From a virus: a stretch of DNA of 64,000 bases. The stretch is from positions 3,648 through 67,647 of the IMG/VR virus record IMGVR_UViG_3300046694_000148. The stretch is one strand, 5' to 3'. Under the pieces are notes generated by a model. The model made no database searches. It was not told the origin of the DNA and saw only the letters and a program-made list of their open reading frames with translations. The position numbers and the translations under genes were made by a program. Numbering within the stretch: position 1 is the stretch's first letter; every line of letters starts with the position of its first letter. Shown piece by piece: positions 21,204-30,265 of this stretch.

Positions 21204-23423
21204 ATGTCCCTCATTCACACCGAATCGTTCATGGGGATCGACCCTGTGGATATTTCTGTCGTCGGTGATAACTACGTTGCGGCACCAGGCAACTACCGCG
21301 TCGCGTATGCAGCGCAGTTGCGACAGACGAGCTACGACGTGGTGATCTCCGACCAGCTTGCGCAAGAGCGAACTGGCGGCTTCATGGTCCGTCCAGATCC
21401 CGTTGTCGCAAGCCGCAATGCTCTGGTGTTCGGTAGCGGCAGCGGCACGCCTAGCGTGTCCAACGCATACCAGATGCAGGCGGCAATTCGCAAGGTCATC
21501 GGATCGTACGACAAGCCGATCATCTTCGGCTTCAGTCTGTTCATCCCGCCCGAATACGTGGCGGTGCCTGGCGACACGGCCACGATGTTGCGCATCTTGG
21601 CCGGACCTGTCGGCGATACATCATGGTCGACGGCTGGCGCGGCGAACACCATCGACGTGTTCAACATCATGCGCAGCCTGCAATGCCGCTGGTACACGGA
21701 CGCGGCGCAAAGCTCGAAGACCCTTGTGGCGGGCAAGCAGAACTACCTCGAAGTAAGGATCGCCGATGGCGAGATTAAGGTATGGCTCGATGATGTGCTG
21801 GTGGTGCAGAAATCATGGTCGCTGAGTCCCGAGTACGTCGCATTCCAGTTCGTCCACAGCAACACGACTTCGATGTCTAGCTGGCTGGCTGGTGCGCCGG
21901 GACGCTGGGCGATCTCGAACTTCTACATCTTGACCGAAGATGCTGTAGCACCTAATGCGCGCCTCGGGCCGTCCACTCGCGTGATCGGTCAGCGGGCTAC
22001 GCGCGACATCGCCGCGAACTTCCTGAAACCTGACGCCGCGCCGAGTAATGCGTCAATCGCCGCGCAGGGCATTGGTGGTGTGCGCACCGGCACGCTGCAA
22101 ACTGCGCGCATCGGCGACTCGGACATCTACGCTGCGGATCAAACCACGCAGAACGACACCATCACGTCGTCGAAGGTCATTCATGGGGTAGTCAGCAGGG
22201 TTTCGGCGCAGAACCTCGACGGCATCGCGCACACCATTCGACCGACCGTCTTTAGCCCGCAACTCGATGAGGGCAACATGGCGACGAAGCCGCGAAGCAT
22301 CGCGTATATCGGCAACATCGGACCCGACCGTAGCGACGGCTGGGGCAACACGATCACCGGCATTGCTGTTCGCCCTACCGACAAGAAAATCTTTGCGGTC
22401 GGATGCAGTTTCTCTATTCTCACCAACACGAACAACGGTCAGGGTCCGTGGACACAAACTGACGCTATCGCGTTCGATGACGCGAAGGTGAACTGGAAGA
22501 TCGCGTTCGCTCCGAACGGCGCTGGAGTGATTGTGCGCAGCGATGGCAAGATCGGCTATCTTCCGCCAGGTGCAGATAAGCCTTCTGTTCTGGTTACGCC
22601 GCCAGGCCAGCCCGCAAGCAATGTACTGAAGTGCGTGCTGTACCACCCTGACGGATACTGGGTGATCTCGGGCGGCACCGGCACCGCTGGCGGCACCGAC
22701 TACTTCGCCACTACCACCACGCCCGACATTGCGGCCTCGTGGACTTACTACACTGGTGGCGGCCATGACATCGGCCTTGCGTACAACAAGACCACCAAGC
22801 GGATTCTGACGACGAACATCGTGGCCGGTACGCTGTATTACTCGGACGATATTCGCACTTCCGCTGGCTGGAAGCCGACGCCGACGCCTACCGCCGCTAC
22901 CGTGTACCGTGCAGTGACGTGGAACGGGAGCTACTTCTTCGCGGTAGGTAACAGCGACATCGCATCGTCGAACATGATTTACTCAACCGATGCCTTGGCG
23001 TGGACTGCCGCTACCACAATCGGTCAGCAGGGAACCGGCATTTCACAGATGGTCTTCGCCGAATCTGATCCGACCACCGGCTTCATGATTATGGGTGGCG
23101 CAAATGGCGCAATCTACACGTCGCAAGGCAACCCTGCGCAGTGGCGGCCGTTCACTAAGATCACCGGCTACAACGCGAAATTGAATGCGTACTATGTCCC
23201 GATGCTCCAGTGTGCAGGGCAGATGCCAAACGGTGACTGGTTGATCGTAGGTGACGGCGGCATCGCGGTCTTGCTGTCGCCTGCTGGCGCGGATCGACCG
23301 ATCCCGAATGGCTCGGGCTACGTGACAGTGGCGTGCGCTTCCACCATCAACCCGACGACCGGCGCACCCTGGACGCCGAGTCAAGCTGCGCTTGCCGACT
23401 TCGGCGCGCGAATCACCTCATAA
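21204..23423 (+). CDS. Tail fibre subunit (paralog 4), putative receptor-binding, with propeller insert
   Basis: HTESF start, NYLEVRI, C-terminal NP.TG.PWT...FG; propeller-like repeats; more T/A-ending codons. Confidence 0.65.
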   Translation: MSLIHTESFMGIDPVDISVVGDNYVAAPGNYRVAYAAQLRQTSYDVVISDQLAQERTGGFMVRPDPVVASRNALVFGSGSGTPSVSNAYQMQAAIRKVIGSYDKPIIFGFSLFIPPEYVAVPGDTATMLRILAGPVGDTSWSTAGAANTIDVFNIMRSLQCRWYTDAAQSSKTLVAGKQNYLEVRIADGEIKVWLDDVLVVQKSWSLSPEYVAFQFVHSNTTSMSSWLAGAPGRWAISNFYILTEDAVAPNARLGPSTRVIGQRATRDIAANFLKPDAAPSNASIAAQGIGGVRTGTLQTARIGDSDIYAADQTTQNDTITSSKVIHGVVSRVSAQNLDGIAHTIRPTVFSPQLDEGNMATKPRSIAYIGNIGPDRSDGWGNTITGIAVRPTDKKIFAVGCSFSILTNTNNGQGPWTQTDAIAFDDAKVNWKIAFAPNGAGVIVRSDGKIGYLPPGADKPSVLVTPPGQPASNVLKCVLYHPDGYWVISGGTGTAGGTDYFATTTTPDIAASWTYYTGGGHDIGLAYNKTTKRILTTNIVAGTLYYSDDIRTSAGWKPTPTPTAATVYRAVTWNGSYFFAVGNSDIASSNMIYSTDALAWTAATTIGQQGTGISQMVFAESDPTTGFMIMGGANGAIYTSQGNPAQWRPFTKITGYNAKLNAYYVPMLQCAGQMPNGDWLIVGDGGIAVLLSPAGADRPIPNGSGYVTVACASTINPTTGAPWTPSQAALADFGARITS

Positions 23424-23432
23424 GGGGGAACG

Positions 23433-25346
23433 GTGGCAAATCAGGTTGAAATTCAAACAGCCTGGCGTGAGGTGCTGCTTAGCGACCGCCTCGGCCTTAG
23501 TCTGAAGGCTGAGGTGCAGTCCGTCGTGCGCGAAGTGCTCATGGGCGAAGGGGCCGGTGTCGATCAGCATCCGGTTCTAATTCAGTCCGTCGTGCGCGAA
23601 GTGCTCATGACGGACCCACCGGCTCGCGTGCAGACCGTGTGGCGCGAGGTGCTGGCGCAGATCGACAACGAGCCGCTGACCATCGGCCGCCTCATCGTCA
23701 GCTACGACCAGCGCGTCATCATGCGTCGTCCGACCATGCCGTTGCCGTCCACCATTCGCTCTGCTGCTGAAATCCCGGCGCTGCGCGAGATCGCGGTGCA
23801 GGCGCGCAACGGCTACTGGCCGCACAGCTTCCAGTACAGCGGCTCGCTCGCGCAGCAGACATTGCAGCGTCGCCTGACGATGCGGGCGTTCGACGTGCGC
23901 AGCACCGACCGCGTGAATGGCTACGGGCAGCAGGTGGTCATGTCGCGCAACAAGGTCTACGTGCAGGTGTCGGAACTGCGGATCTCGCACCAGGCGCAGC
24001 AGGCCATCCAGCGTCGCAGCTTCACGGCCGCGCCGCAGGTCCGCACCGCGATCAGCGCGACTCGCCTGGCGCAGCAGTTCATCGCGTCGCGGGCGCAGAG
24101 CGTGATCGTCATCACGACGTACGCCTACGCCGAGAGCCTGGCACAGCAGACCGTGCAGGCCACCGGCAGGCCCGCGCCGCACTCGCCCGAGGACGTGCGC
24201 AGCCTGGTCCACATGACGGTGCAGAAGCACAACGTCGCGCCGCTCAGCATTGACGACCGCGTGACCAGCGTTGCGCAGCAGTCGGTGGCTAAGCGCGTGC
24301 CGACTGCGCCGTTCAGCGGTGAGTACGCGGCCGGTGTTCGCCAGCAGGTCGTGGTCCACTACAGCTTCACGACGCCGCGCTCAACGGAGTATGCGACCGG
24401 CCAGGTTCAGCTTGCCGTGCTCCACCGCGATACCTACGCCCCGGCGTACGCGATGGGTCGCCACACGGCGGGCCTGGTGCAGCAGATCGCAGTTCACCGC
24501 GATCAGCCGGTGCCGTCGCCGCGCTCGCCGCTGTTCGCATCGTCGCTCGGTGTGTCGTACATGCTTCACCGCGACGCACCTCACCCGCTGGACGTGATCG
24601 ACCCGAGCATCGGTCGTCACGCTTCGGCGCTGGCTTCGATGGCCGTGCTCCACCGCGCCACGATCTCGCCGGGCACCGTTGCATCGCAGAGCCGGTACGT
24701 GTTCAACGTGTTCAAGCAGATCGCCATCGGTGACAGCAGCTTCCCGCCGCCACCGCCGAAGCCGGATCTCGATCACGAGACGGACGTGTATCTGGTGAAC
24801 GAGCAGGTGATCGCGCAAGATCTCGGCCAGTGGTCGGCTGTCACCGCAGTCACGACGCGCCAGGTGTTCGCCACCACGACGCTCGGTGATACGGCAGGCT
24901 GGGTCGATGCGCACATACCGCAGTCCGAGGTCGAAGCTGGCGGCGTGATCGAGGCGCTGGTGGTCGGCGACACCGCGTTCCCCGACTCGATGGCGGTCCA
25001 GTCCGACGCCCTGGTCGCGGCAATCGGTGGCATGGTGACGGTGGGCGATCAGACCTTCCCCGACGCGATGATCCCGCAGTCGGAAGTCGAGGCGCGCAGT
25101 GTGATCGAAATAGCGGCCCTAGGAGACGCGCAGTTCACTGACCCTAGGATTCCAGCGTCGGAGATTCATTCGTCGCTTGTAGGGGCCATCCTGACCCTTG
25201 GCGACGCTTCTATGTTCGGTAACTTCGGTATGTCTGTAATTTCGACGACCAACGTGGCCGCATTCGTGGTGGTTCAAGATCCCTCGCTGGTCGGGATTCC
25301 ACTGCGCCAGGGGCCTCGACCCATCGTGTCCGTTTCGATGTCGTAA
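23433..25346 (+). CDS. Tail fibre-associated structural protein with short repeats
   Basis: GTG start with GGGG RBS; Q(S/T)..REVL x4 and GD..F.D...PQS repeats; last gene of the tail module. Confidence 0.65.
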   Translation: MANQVEIQTAWREVLLSDRLGLSLKAEVQSVVREVLMGEGAGVDQHPVLIQSVVREVLMTDPPARVQTVWREVLAQIDNEPLTIGRLIVSYDQRVIMRRPTMPLPSTIRSAAEIPALREIAVQARNGYWPHSFQYSGSLAQQTLQRRLTMRAFDVRSTDRVNGYGQQVVMSRNKVYVQVSELRISHQAQQAIQRRSFTAAPQVRTAISATRLAQQFIASRAQSVIVITTYAYAESLAQQTVQATGRPAPHSPEDVRSLVHMTVQKHNVAPLSIDDRVTSVAQQSVAKRVPTAPFSGEYAAGVRQQVVVHYSFTTPRSTEYATGQVQLAVLHRDTYAPAYAMGRHTAGLVQQIAVHRDQPVPSPRSPLFASSLGVSYMLHRDAPHPLDVIDPSIGRHASALASMAVLHRATISPGTVASQSRYVFNVFKQIAIGDSSFPPPPPKPDLDHETDVYLVNEQVIAQDLGQWSAVTAVTTRQVFATTTLGDTAGWVDAHIPQSEVEAGGVIEALVVGDTAFPDSMAVQSDALVAAIGGMVTVGDQTFPDAMIPQSEVEARSVIEIAALGDAQFTDPRIPASEIHSSLVGAILTLGDASMFGNFGMSVISTTNVAAFVVVQDPSLVGIPLRQGPRPIVSVSMS

Positions 25347-25351
25347 GGTGG

Positions 25352-25384
25352 GCCGGGGTTATAATTTCCCCGGCTCAACTTTTA
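25352..25384 (+). terminator. Hairpin/putative terminator between tail and lysis genes
   Basis: gccgggg-ttataattt-ccccggc followed by a T-rich tract. Confidence 0.45.
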
Positions 25385-25418
25385 TTAACGACACCTCTTC
25401 ACCGAGGGGAAACAAACC

Positions 25419-25814
25419 ATGAATCAGGGATCGCCCACACCACCGCAGGACCGCCGCAATTACAGCGGCCCCGAGCGTCGTTCGCCGAAAATCGGCGTTG
25501 ACCTTTCGATCAACATTCCCACCATGATCTCGATTCTCGTGCTGATCGTCAGCGTATCGGCAACGGGCGTCGGGTTGTACAACTATCTCGATAAACGCCA
25601 ACTGGCAACCGAGTTCGCAGTAGCGAATCTCAGTACGCGCATCGAGAAGGCCGAAGCCAGTCTGACCGCGATCAAGGTCGAGCAGGGCGCATCGAACGAC
25701 CGGCTGCGCGCCGACGTGAAGTCCGACCTGGCCGAGATCAAAGGGCAACTGGACCGCCTGATGTTCAACGCGCCGCCGCAAGTACAGCAACGCCTCAACG
25801 CCTGGAGACGCTAA
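25419..25814 (+). CDS. Holin-like membrane protein (1 TM plus coiled coil)
   Basis: Immediately before endolysin; TM segment ISILVLIVSVSATGVGLY. Confidence 0.55.
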   Translation: MNQGSPTPPQDRRNYSGPERRSPKIGVDLSINIPTMISILVLIVSVSATGVGLYNYLDKRQLATEFAVANLSTRIEKAEASLTAIKVEQGASNDRLRADVKSDLAEIKGQLDRLMFNAPPQVQQRLNAWRR

Positions 25815-25817
25815 GCC

Positions 25818-26519
25818 ATGACCACCGCAAACACCGTGCCGCGCGGTATCCGCAACAACAACCCCGGCAACATCGACTATCACGTCAACACGAAATGGCA
25901 GGGCCTCGTGCTCGACGCCGACCGCAAAGACACGCGCTTCTGCGAATTCAAAGATCCGACCTGGGGCGTGCGCGCGATGTGCGTCGTCCTGATCGGCTAT
26001 CAAGACCGCTACGGGATCAACACCATTCGCGGCATCATCGGCCGGTGGGCACCGTCGAACGAGAACGACACCCTGGCCTACGTCACCGCCGTCGCCAACG
26101 CGGTCGCCGTGAAGCCTGACCAGGCGCTCGACCTGCATACCTACGACCACCTGGCCCCGCTGGTCGAAGCGATCATTCGCCACGAGAACGGCATCGGCCC
26201 GAAGGCTACGCCGAACACTTGGTACGACCGCAGCGTGATCGACACCGCCCTGCTGCGCGCCGGGGTCGAGCGTCCGGCCGCAACCGTGGCCGCCGTGCCG
26301 GTGACGAAAGAAACCGTGGCCGCCAGCGGCACCGCAACGCTCGGTATCGCGCAACTCGCCGACGTGATGCCGCAGGTGATGCAGGCCGTGGACAGCCAGC
26401 AGGAACACCTCTCGTCGGGCAGCTACGTGCGCATCGCCTTCGCGGTCATGACCATCGGCGTCGCCGTCTTCATGGCCTATGCGCAGGTGAAGAAGCACCA
26501 GGCCGGGGTGGTCGCATGA
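25818..26519 (+). CDS. Endolysin (RGIRNNNPGNI family) with C-terminal hydrophobic segment
   Basis: RGIRNNNPGNI, RWAP..ENDT.AY, AII.HENG motifs. Confidence 0.85.
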   Translation: MTTANTVPRGIRNNNPGNIDYHVNTKWQGLVLDADRKDTRFCEFKDPTWGVRAMCVVLIGYQDRYGINTIRGIIGRWAPSNENDTLAYVTAVANAVAVKPDQALDLHTYDHLAPLVEAIIRHENGIGPKATPNTWYDRSVIDTALLRAGVERPAATVAAVPVTKETVAASGTATLGIAQLADVMPQVMQAVDSQQEHLSSGSYVRIAFAVMTIGVAVFMAYAQVKKHQAGVVA

Positions 26520-26812
26520 TGGCCGTCGAATGGCTGAAGGCGAAGGCGCTGCTGCTGCTGGCTGTCCTGCTGGTGCTGTTCGGCGCGTACGCGATGGGTG
26601 GCCGGGCGTCGCGTCGCTCGGCCGAAAAGAAACGCAACTATGACGATGCACTGCGCGCTGCCGCAGGTGCGAAAGGGGTACACGATGCTGAAGTCGAAGT
26701 TATCAAACTGCCTGCTGGCGCTGCTGCTGACCAGCTTCGCCGTGACTGGATGCGCGACGGCGACGCCGGAACAAACAGCGGTGCAGAAAGCAATCGCCGC
26801 GACGGCACCTGA
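26516..26812 (+). CDS. i-spanin (Rz-like)
   Basis: N-terminal TM LLLLAVLLVLFGAYA; follows endolysin with ATGA overlap. Confidence 0.8.
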   Translation: MMAVEWLKAKALLLLAVLLVLFGAYAMGGRASRRSAEKKRNYDDALRAAAGAKGVHDAEVEVIKLPAGAAADQLRRDWMRDGDAGTNSGAESNRRDGT

Positions 26813-26927
26813 CTTCTGCGCCACGGCAAAGCCGATCTACATCGGCAAGGCCGACGTGATCTCGGATCAAACGGCGAACGAGATCCTGGCGCACAACCTG
26901 ACAGGCCGCAAACTCTGTGGCTGGTAG
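26685..26927 (+). CDS. o-spanin lipoprotein (Rz1-like), overlapping i-spanin
   Basis: Lipobox VTGC after signal peptide; AAAGGGG RBS; FC...KPI...HN...CGW. Confidence 0.85.
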   Translation: MLKSKLSNCLLALLLTSFAVTGCATATPEQTAVQKAIAATAPDFCATAKPIYIGKADVISDQTANEILAHNLTGRKLCGW

Positions 26928-26972
26928 GAGACGGAAGATGGAATTGAAGCGGTACTTGCGAAAGGGGGTGAC

Positions 26973-27000
26973 TTGATCTCGTAGCGCATGCTGTTAAAAT
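26973..27000 (+). promoter_or_regulatory. Putative sigma70 promoter with extended -10
   Basis: TTGATC (26973-78), 16-bp spacer, TGtTAAAAT (-10 at 26995-27000). Confidence 0.5.
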
Positions 27001-27004
27001 GTGC

Positions 27005-27064
27005 GCTCCGTTAAGAAGAAGGTAGGTGGGGCCGGTCTGGAGAAATCCGCACCGGCCCTTTTTT
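27005..27064 (+). ncRNA. Candidate ~60-nt small RNA
   Basis: Lies between a predicted promoter and an intrinsic terminator, no plausible ORF; 5' end complementary to several phage RBSs. Confidence 0.35.
27028..27064 (+). terminator. Rho-independent terminator at the end of the late/lysis operon
   Basis: gggccggt...accggccc stem plus TTTTTT. Confidence 0.8.
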
Positions 27065-27067
27065 CGT

Positions 27068-27406
27068 CTACTGCCAGTACATGCTGCGGATCGTCGAGTG
27101 GATCTTGTCCACGTTGCCGCCGAGGTAGTGCGGGTTTGCGACGGTCTGAATCGGATCGCCCTTCGTGGCACGAGCCTCGATCAGCGTGTTCGTCCATAGC
27201 ACCTTAGCCGTCGCAATCGGATCGGCCTTGCAGCCGATGCTGATGAGGGCGCGCTTCACCTCGCCGTAAAACTCAGGGTCGATGTTGCGACGGTCTGCCT
27301 GATCGAGCACCTGGCCGGTGCCCTTGCAGTCCTGGCAGGTGTCGTCCTCGTGGATCATCGGCGGATCGGTCGTGATCCCCTGGCCGAAGCACTCGGGGCA
27401 CATCAT
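27068..27406 (-). CDS. Small protein with DnaJ-like CxxCxGxG zinc finger
   Basis: CPECFGQG and CQDCKGTG. Confidence 0.7.
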   Translation of the reverse strand: MMCPECFGQGITTDPPMIHEDDTCQDCKGTGQVLDQADRRNIDPEFYGEVKRALISIGCKADPIATAKVLWTNTLIEARATKGDPIQTVANPHYLGGNVDKIHSTIRSMYWQ

Positions 27407-27774
27407 GCGCGCTTGCGACGCTCGACGTAATCGACCAGTTGCCCGGCCGCGAACCAGCGTTCGTCGTAGCAGCCGTCAGCGCGCATGTAGCCGAGCAGGT
27501 ATTGCGCGACGCCGCCGTGGTGCAGGTACTCGGCCCGCGCGATGATCGTGCCGCGCTCGTTCGATGCGTCGATCACGGCCTGGGTGCCGAGTTCGCGCAG
27601 CGCGGGCACAACGGGCTTTGCGGCCGGTGCCGCTGGCGTCGAGGCGCTGTCCGCGCTGCCTGCCGTTGCCTTGTTCGCTGCGCGCGTGGCCGCGCCCTTC
27701 GCTGCTGCCGCTTTGCGCTGGCGGACGCCAGGCTTCTTGCGTGCGGGCTTGTCGGCTTGATTGGTGGTTGCCAT
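27403..27774 (-). CDS. Hypothetical protein, Lys/Ala-rich N-terminus
   Basis: GGAG RBS; compact C-terminal domain G.IIARAEY...YLL.Y...DG..E.W. Confidence 0.75.
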   Translation of the reverse strand: MATTNQADKPARKKPGVRQRKAAAAKGAATRAANKATAGSADSASTPAAPAAKPVVPALRELGTQAVIDASNERGTIIARAEYLHHGGVAQYLLGYMRADGCYDERWFAAGQLVDYVERRKRA

Positions 27775-27824
27775 TTTCAGTTCTCCGTTAGTTCAGGTAT
27801 GCCGCTGATCCTCGCGGCCAGGTA

Positions 27825-28121
27825 TTACAGTTCGTCGTCGAGATTGAATGCTGCCCTCGGGCCGATCACCACCTCGGGGCAGCGGTCGGTGCGCAGCGTG
27901 TCCATCAGGTGAACCCGGCCGCCATGCAGGTGCGCCTCGACATAATTAAACACCGCGTCGAGTTGCGGAATACTGCGGGCGATCACGATCACGTCTTCAC
28001 CAGCGATGCTCATGCCCATCGCGCGCCCGGTATGCACCGGCACGCCGTTCAGGACCGACATCGCAGTCTCCAGCGGCAATTCGACGTTGCGCAGCGGCTT
28101 CTTCGTGTCGGCCATCATCAC
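27825..28121 (-). CDS. Hypothetical protein ending DDEL
   Basis: Start overlaps the upstream stop codon. Confidence 0.7.
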   Translation of the reverse strand: MMMADTKKPLRNVELPLETAMSVLNGVPVHTGRAMGMSIAGEDVIVIARSIPQLDAVFNYVEAHLHGGRVHLMDTLRTDRCPEVVIGPRAAFNLDDEL

Positions 28122-28498
28122 ACCTTTTGGCATACCGCGATCATCCATGCGAATTCGACGATGGCGCGCATGCGTTCTGCGAGCAGTCTGTCAGCGTCGT
28201 CGATGGGCGACATCGCAACGTACAGCGCGCCACTCGCCGCGTCCTTCTTCGACGAGTTCACGGCGATCTGCACGTCGGTGCCGTTGAAGCGGTAGTTCAC
28301 GTTCATCATCAGCGTAGCTTCGACCATGAATGCGTCGCACGGATCGGCCAGTGGTGCGAACACCTCGCGCTCGTCGTAATTATCGCCACCGATCCAGGGG
28401 CCGCCCATTCCCAGCGCCTTGTCGTCCCAGCGGTAGCCGGTGAGGTCACGGCCGATCAGCTTCGCCGCCGCGCGTGTCATTTCTTCGTTGCGGTTCAT
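28118..28498 (-). CDS. Hypothetical phage protein
   Basis: F.PL.D..DAF..EA.L motif; coupled overlaps at both ends. Confidence 0.75.
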   Translation of the reverse strand: MNRNEEMTRAAAKLIGRDLTGYRWDDKALGMGGPWIGGDNYDEREVFAPLADPCDAFMVEATLMMNVNYRFNGTDVQIAVNSSKKDAASGALYVAMSPIDDADRLLAERMRAIVEFAWMIAVCQKV

Positions 28499-28893
28499 TT
28501 CGCTCCCCTTGTCCTGCGGTCTGCCTTGCGGCGATCCTTACCTACGAATTCGGTGTTGCTCTTGCGGCGGTCACGCCCCGATCCGCGCTTCTCGATGAAC
28601 TTGATCTTGCTGCCGTTCTGCTGCGCCAGGAACACCGGCACGTCGAGCACTTCGCCGCCGACCTTGATGCTCGCTGCACCGTTATCCGTCATCCATTTGC
28701 GAATGTCCCGGCCGTCGTTCAGGCTGACGAACAGGATCATGGTCGATCCGTTCTTACCGCTGATGCGCGCACGCTCGATGTTCGGCTTGTAGTCTGCGGG
28801 AAGCCACTCGATTGCGATGATGTCGGAGTACCACAGAAGCGCAGGCACGCCGGTCATTGCGTCGAAGAAGGTGATGTGGGCGGCGGGGATCAT
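28495..28893 (-). CDS. Hypothetical protein with C-terminal DRR repeats
   Basis: ATGA-coupled start at 28893; ends EKRGSGRDRRK...FVGKDRRKADRR. Confidence 0.7.
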   Translation of the reverse strand: MIPAAHITFFDAMTGVPALLWYSDIIAIEWLPADYKPNIERARISGKNGSTMILFVSLNDGRDIRKWMTDNGAASIKVGGEVLDVPVFLAQQNGSKIKFIEKRGSGRDRRKSNTEFVGKDRRKADRRTRGAK

Positions 28894-29243
28894 AGCTCGT
28901 CGTCCTCGGCCAGTTTCTTGCGCAGGTCGGCTTCGATGGCGGCCAGGGGTTCGAGCAGCGAAGGGCGGATCTTGCCACGGCCGCGCACCTCTCTGAAGAC
29001 TTCCGGCATCACAGGTTCGCCGACGAACGTGAAGATCCACTCATCGCCGTTCAGGCCGTCCTCGTGCTCGATGGTCAGCTTGCCGCGTTCGACAGCGAGG
29101 ATGCCGTCAATGCCGAGTACCGGCACGCCCGCCATGAACAGCTTTTCCCTTACCGCGACGCCCGCGATAAAGAGGTTGCGGCCGGGATTCTTCGGGCCGA
29201 TCATTTCGTCGCGCGTGATCGTTACGCGAATTGTCTTGGTCAT
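28890..29243 (-). CDS. Hypothetical protein ending DDEL
   Basis: TAACGGA RBS, phage codon usage. Confidence 0.75.
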   Translation of the reverse strand: MTKTIRVTITRDEMIGPKNPGRNLFIAGVAVREKLFMAGVPVLGIDGILAVERGKLTIEHEDGLNGDEWIFTFVGEPVMPEVFREVRGRGKIRPSLLEPLAAIEADLRKKLAEDDEL

Positions 29244-29264
29244 TGTTCGTTCCGTTAAATGAGA

Positions 29265-29287
29265 ACCGGCCGCACGCGGCGACCGGC
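29265..29287 (-). terminator. Hairpin after the histone-like gene
   Basis: gccggtcgc-cgcgt-gcggccggt on the minus strand; weak U tract. Confidence 0.4.
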
Positions 29288-29296
29288 TTTGCTACT

Positions 29297-29674
29297 TTAC
29301 TTCTTCGGGATCAGCTTGACTTGCGCGAGCGTCCGGCCGCGCGTGTTCAGCAGGTTGACGATACTGATGCCGAACTTGAAATCGACGCTGTAGCCGGTGG
29401 CGTTCGGGTACTTGTCCATCGCGGCGCGCAGGCCCTTCAGGTTCTTGACGACGTGCTCGGGCATCATCGTCTCGGCGCTCACTTTCGACGGCGCGCTGAC
29501 GGTCTTCTTCGCTGCGGCATTCTTCTTGACGGTGGCGTCGGCCAGGGCGGTCAGGGTGTCCTTGCGTTTTGCCGGTGCCTTCTTCGCGGCGGCTTTCAGT
29601 TCTGGCTTGTTGCCGCGCTTCGGTGCTGCGGTGGTCTTGGTGGCGGTAGTTTTGGTTTTTGCTGCGGTAGCCAT
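29297..29674 (-). CDS. Histone H1-like Lys/Ala-rich DNA-binding protein
   Basis: AAKTKTTATKTTAAPKR...AAAKKAPAKRK; has its own promoter and AAGGA RBS. Confidence 0.65.
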   Translation of the reverse strand: MATAAKTKTTATKTTAAPKRGNKPELKAAAKKAPAKRKDTLTALADATVKKNAAAKKTVSAPSKVSAETMMPEHVVKNLKGLRAAMDKYPNATGYSVDFKFGISIVNLLNTRGRTLAQVKLIPKK

Positions 29675-29721
29675 TCGGCGTTTCCTTTTACGTTATTGAA
29701 GATAGGGTACTGCTGAGGTGA

Positions 29722-29751
29722 ATAATATTCGACACGGAAATTCCCTGTCAA
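29722..29751 (-). promoter_or_regulatory. sigma70 promoter with palindromic operator, copy 1
   Basis: TTGACA-18-TATTAT; operator GACACGG-AAATT-CCCTGTC 29731-29749. Confidence 0.8.
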
Positions 29752-29757
29752 CTGTTT

Positions 29758-29985
29758 TTACAACTCATCGTCTATTCCGAGACGCTTTTCGAGGTCGGCG
29801 ATGATCTGTCGTTGGCGCTGCCTGATGCTTCGGTTTGCGGCCAGTTCGGCGCGCAGTGTGTCGTTCTGATCCTGCTGGTCGAAGAACAGGCCGCGATAGG
29901 CTTGCGCATGTTCGACCGCTGCATCGAGCGCGCGCTTCAGGCTGGCGATCTGTTCTTCCGGCGTGCGTTCGTCACAGGTCGTCAT
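29758..29985 (-). CDS. Coiled-coil protein ending DDEL
   Basis: 75 aa, heptad pattern. Confidence 0.7.
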   Translation of the reverse strand: MTTCDERTPEEQIASLKRALDAAVEHAQAYRGLFFDQQDQNDTLRAELAANRSIRQRQRQIIADLEKRLGIDDEL

Positions 29986-30265
29986 ACGCGCCTGCCTCGC
30001 GCCAGATACGCACGCCCGCCTGCTGGTAGATCTCGTCCATTTCGACGCGGCGGATCGTGATCCCCACGCCAGCGGCGAGCGCCGGGCGGCGCATGAACTC
30101 CACGTCGGCAGGCTGCACGCCAGCGATGAAGAACGAGTCGCCCGGCCGGTACGCGATGAACTTCGCCACGAGCACCTTGATCTGTTCCTGCGCGGTCCTG
30201 TCCAGCGGCATGCGCGACTTGCCGCGATTGGACGTGACCGGCGTGTCGTCAGAGGTCGTCGTCAT
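29972..30265 (-). CDS. Small protein, possibly DNA-binding, ending YDDL
   Basis: PGDSFF...GVRIWR motif; start overlaps the end of rdgC. Confidence 0.65.
   Translation of the reverse strand: MTTTSDDTPVTSNRGKSRMPLDRTAQEQIKVLVAKFIAYRPGDSFFIAGVQPADVEFMRRPALAAGVGITIRRVEMDEIYQQAGVRIWREAGAYDDL

Noticed and set aside
12246-23423. Diversity-generating retroelement or invertible tail-fibre switch
   Set aside because: No reverse transcriptase or invertase seen, no near-identical TR/VR pair with adenine-only differences, and all genes are co-oriented.
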